Assembly: GCA_963773065.1 (NCBI GenBank)
Contig: CAVYZN010000011.1
Location: forward strand, 96,001-160,000
Source: an uncultured Gammaproteobacteria bacterium
GTDB taxonomy: Bacteria; Pseudomonadota; Gammaproteobacteria; UBA9214
DNA length: 64,000 bases
Direction of reading: 5' to 3'
Part shown: in pieces, positions 61,528-64,000 of the stretch
Layout of the letters: each line of letters begins with the position of its first letter
Numbering within the stretch: the first letter of the stretch is position 1
Made by a program: the position numbers and the translations under genes
The notes under the pieces: model-generated
Seen by the model: the letters and a program-made list of their open reading frames with translations, nothing else
The model's database searches: none
Told to the model about the DNA's origin: nothing

Positions 61528-63163
61528 TCAGGCCGTTTGAGCGCTTTTGAGCTCTTCCGCGGTGATTTCCTCCAGCCGACGTTTGCATGTCTCGATTCCG
61601 AAAAACATTACCGCGAGCACAGCCAGCGTCATGGGAATTGCCCCCATCAGCGCAACCGTCGCGATGGATGGCGTGGCGAACCCGAATGCAACCAGCGAGA
61701 TGATCGCGACGCCTCCCGCCTTGCTCGCGCCGGCGGCGAACCCCGTCGCCCGGGACCGGATGCGCGTCGGGTAAATCTCCGAGCTGTAGACCGAGAGCGC
61801 GGCCACCACCGCGCTGATGCCCCAGATCGGCACCACGAGCAGCGCATACAGCAGGACCCGGTTCTGCACGATGGAATCCCCCGCGATGACGAACCCGAAC
61901 AGCGCCGCCGCGGTGAGCGACGCGAGTATGATGATGGTTTTCTTGCTGCTCCAGAACCCGTACATCCACGCCACCAGGAACGTCAACGGAAAGCCGATCA
62001 AAGCCGAATTGCGGAGGATCGCATCGGCCTCGGTAAACCCGAGCTTGCGCAGGTTGGAAGGGATCCACAAATTGAAGCCGAACAACACCAACCCTGACCC
62101 GAGAGCGAGGCAGCCGACGACGAGTGTCAGCCCGAGGAATTGCGGGCTGACAAGCTGGCTCCAGCGGCTTTTTACCTCCGATCCGGCCTCCGTCTCGGAC
62201 GGCGTTAGCATCGACGATCGCGGCGCCGTAACGCGCCATCACCGAGCGCGCCTCCGCTTCCCGCCCAATGGCGAGCAGAAAACGCGGGGATTCGGGTATC
62301 CACCGGTTGAGCATGATGAACACTATGCCGGTCGGCAAACCGATGAGCCACAGGATGCGCCAACTGTATGTTGGTACCAAAGCGACCGCGATCCAACTGG
62401 TGAGAATATACGCGCCGGCGATATCCGCCCCGATCAGAATCATCATCCAGCCGCGGTGCCGAGCGGGTATGGTTTCGGCAAGCAGCGCGTAGGTAATCGG
62501 CAGCATGCCCCCCACCCCCACGCCCATGATGAAGCACATCACGAGGTTCCAGTAAAAGTCGGGCATCGCGCCGCAAATCGAAGTGGCGATGAAGACGATG
62601 CCGGCATAAAGTATCGACGCGCGCCGCCCGATCCGGTCGCCCAGCCATCCCCACAGCAAGGACCCCAGCACGGTACCCGTGATGCCGGAAAGCGCCATGT
62701 ACACCACCGGTATGGTTCCGGCCGGGTTCAGGGGAGACTTGAGCCCGTATTCCGCCGTCATGCCCGGCATGACGAAAGCGAGCGCCGTCGGCTTCATGAT
62801 GTCGATCGTTACGGCAACCGCCATCGTCAGCAGCAGAGAGACGTGGGTCCAGGAGATCCGTGCGTCGTCCAGCGCGCTGACCCGGATTTTCGAGGCGAGC
62901 GCCTGGTTGGTCGCGGCCGAACGCGGGTACAAACCATACAAACTGGCAAAAAGTCCCACGCCGATGGCCGCCATCCCGATTAACATAGGCGTGCCCATCG
63001 GCATGCCGGCGAGACGGTAGCCTATGTCTTTGCCCATCAGGTACATCGGGATGTGCAGGATGACTCCGGCCATGACCGCCACGGCCCCGAACCAAAACGC
63101 CCCTGGGTGATGAAAAGTGACGCCGCCAAGCCGCATGCCGTCTTGCTGAGTCTGCTGGTTCAT
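61528..63163 (-). CDS. MFS transporter (frameshift near 62208)
   Basis: GWLGDRIGRR, AETIPARHRG, IPESPRFL, SEIYPTRIRSRATG. Confidence 0.88.
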
Positions 63164-63300
63164 ATCCCGCTCCTTACCATTCATGAATAATTTAGATCAG
63201 CGTAGCGTAGACATCAACTTAAGGTGATTCGAAGCACACTCGTAATCTTACCATTAAGTATCACTAGCTGTCCCGGTTAACCAAAACAAGAAAGGCTTAT

Positions 63301-63435
63301 GCGAAGCTCTGATCAAGTCTCCCGTTCGCCCTGAGCTTGTCGAAGGATGAATGGGAAATGCCATAAATGTCAGGCGCATTTGTCCGTTCATGAGTTCGAC
63401 AGGCTCAGCCACGAACGGACTTAATGAGAGCTTCC
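63301..63435. repeat. Palindromic MITE-like repeat
   Basis: gaagctctgatcaagt-ccgttcgccctgagcttgtcgaa ... ttcgacaggctcagccacgaacgg-acttaatgagagcttc. Confidence 0.65.
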
Positions 63436-63474
63436 TTAAATCACAAAAAATGGTCAGCGGGCCGGGCGTAGTGC

Positions 63475-64000
63475 TCAGGCATTGGCTTTCGCCGTGTTCA
63501 TGCGGCGTGAGTCCAGCCACATCTCCAGCAGAAAGGCGGCCGGCCCCACGATGAAGAGCGCATAGAAAGGCGCGTAGACGATCTGGAACAGGCGCAGCAC
63601 CATTTCCACCAGCGCTATCAGGAAGGCCACCACACACTGCCCGCGCTTGGAGCGCACCGTGGTTTTCGGGTCGGTGATCATGAAGAAGATGAAGAGCTGG
63701 TACATGGGCCCGGTGATGGGCGCGACCTCGGCCTGCCAGGGGTGGCCGGTAATCCAACTGCGCAGCAAGGCGAACGCCAGGAACGAGACCACATAGGTGC
63801 CCGTGATGTTGAAACGGTGGACACGCCAGATGATGACCGAGCCCAGCACCCAGATCACCAGCATCGGCCAGACGTTGTTGCCCCATTGAATGCTCAGAGT
63901 GGCTACCGTCTCGGGCGCCAGCAACAGCAGCGCGGAAATGCCGAAATTGGACGGGTTCCAGATGTGGCGATTGTCGATCCGCAAGACATACTTCGACGTG
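63475..64000 (-). CDS. RnfD/NqrB-like (UnbU-like) membrane protein, partial
   Basis: SKYVLRI..RHIWNPSNFGI, LFIFFMITDPKT; runs off the window end. Confidence 0.7.
   Translation of the reverse strand, partial: TSKYVLRIDNRHIWNPSNFGISALLLLAPETVATLSIQWGNNVWPMLVIWVLGSVIIWRVHRFNITGTYVVSFLAFALLRSWITGHPWQAEVAPITGPMYQLFIFFMITDPKTTVRSKRGQCVVAFLIALVEMVLRLFQIVYAPFYALFIVGPAAFLLEMWLDSRRMNTAKANA

Noticed and set aside
1-64000. tRNA, rRNA or CRISPR arrays
   Set aside because: None recognised.

Overview
High-GC bacterial chromosomal window, probably Gammaproteobacteria (inferred from the System I ccm operon, GAF-ptsP and gene content). Many single-base frameshifts in otherwise intact genes look like uncorrected long-read indel errors. 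There are four blocks. (1) 1.6-27.7 kb: a phosphate/polyphosphate cluster with ptsP, pstS-phoU-pstC-pstA-pstB-pstB, a coupled CHAD + ParA pair, two CNNM/CorC genes, pit + DUF47, ppk1 and CYTH. Its PhoU is fused to a catalytically degenerate ArsC/LMW-PTP domain. At 17.4-21.2 kb the cluster is interrupted by an integrase-less attC cassette array (TA systems) lying between two diverged copies of an antitoxin/pit segment, with an ORF-less group II intron in one attC core. (2) 27.7-32.8 kb: an FNR-box-marked RNA-repair/translation-stress module (YbaK, host-attachment protein, RtcB, archease, HPF, Hsp20). (3) 33-60.2 kb: ccmABCDEFGHI, a divergent PAS-sigma54 activator, and three very large secreted nine-CxxCH cytochromes with Ig-like N-terminal domains. 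Each cytochrome has its own -24/-12 promoter and a shared 38-bp TGACA-N4-TGTCA upstream element. Two PpiC foldases, a TlpA and a rhodanese accompany them; this is the best candidate for an undescribed system. (4) 60.3-64 kb: DUF2059, a secreted acidic protein, an MFS transporter and an RnfD/NqrB-like membrane protein. Several families of palindromic REP/MITE-like repeats and a TIR-flanked RAYT-type transposase are also present. All family calls come from motif recognition by eye; no searches were run.
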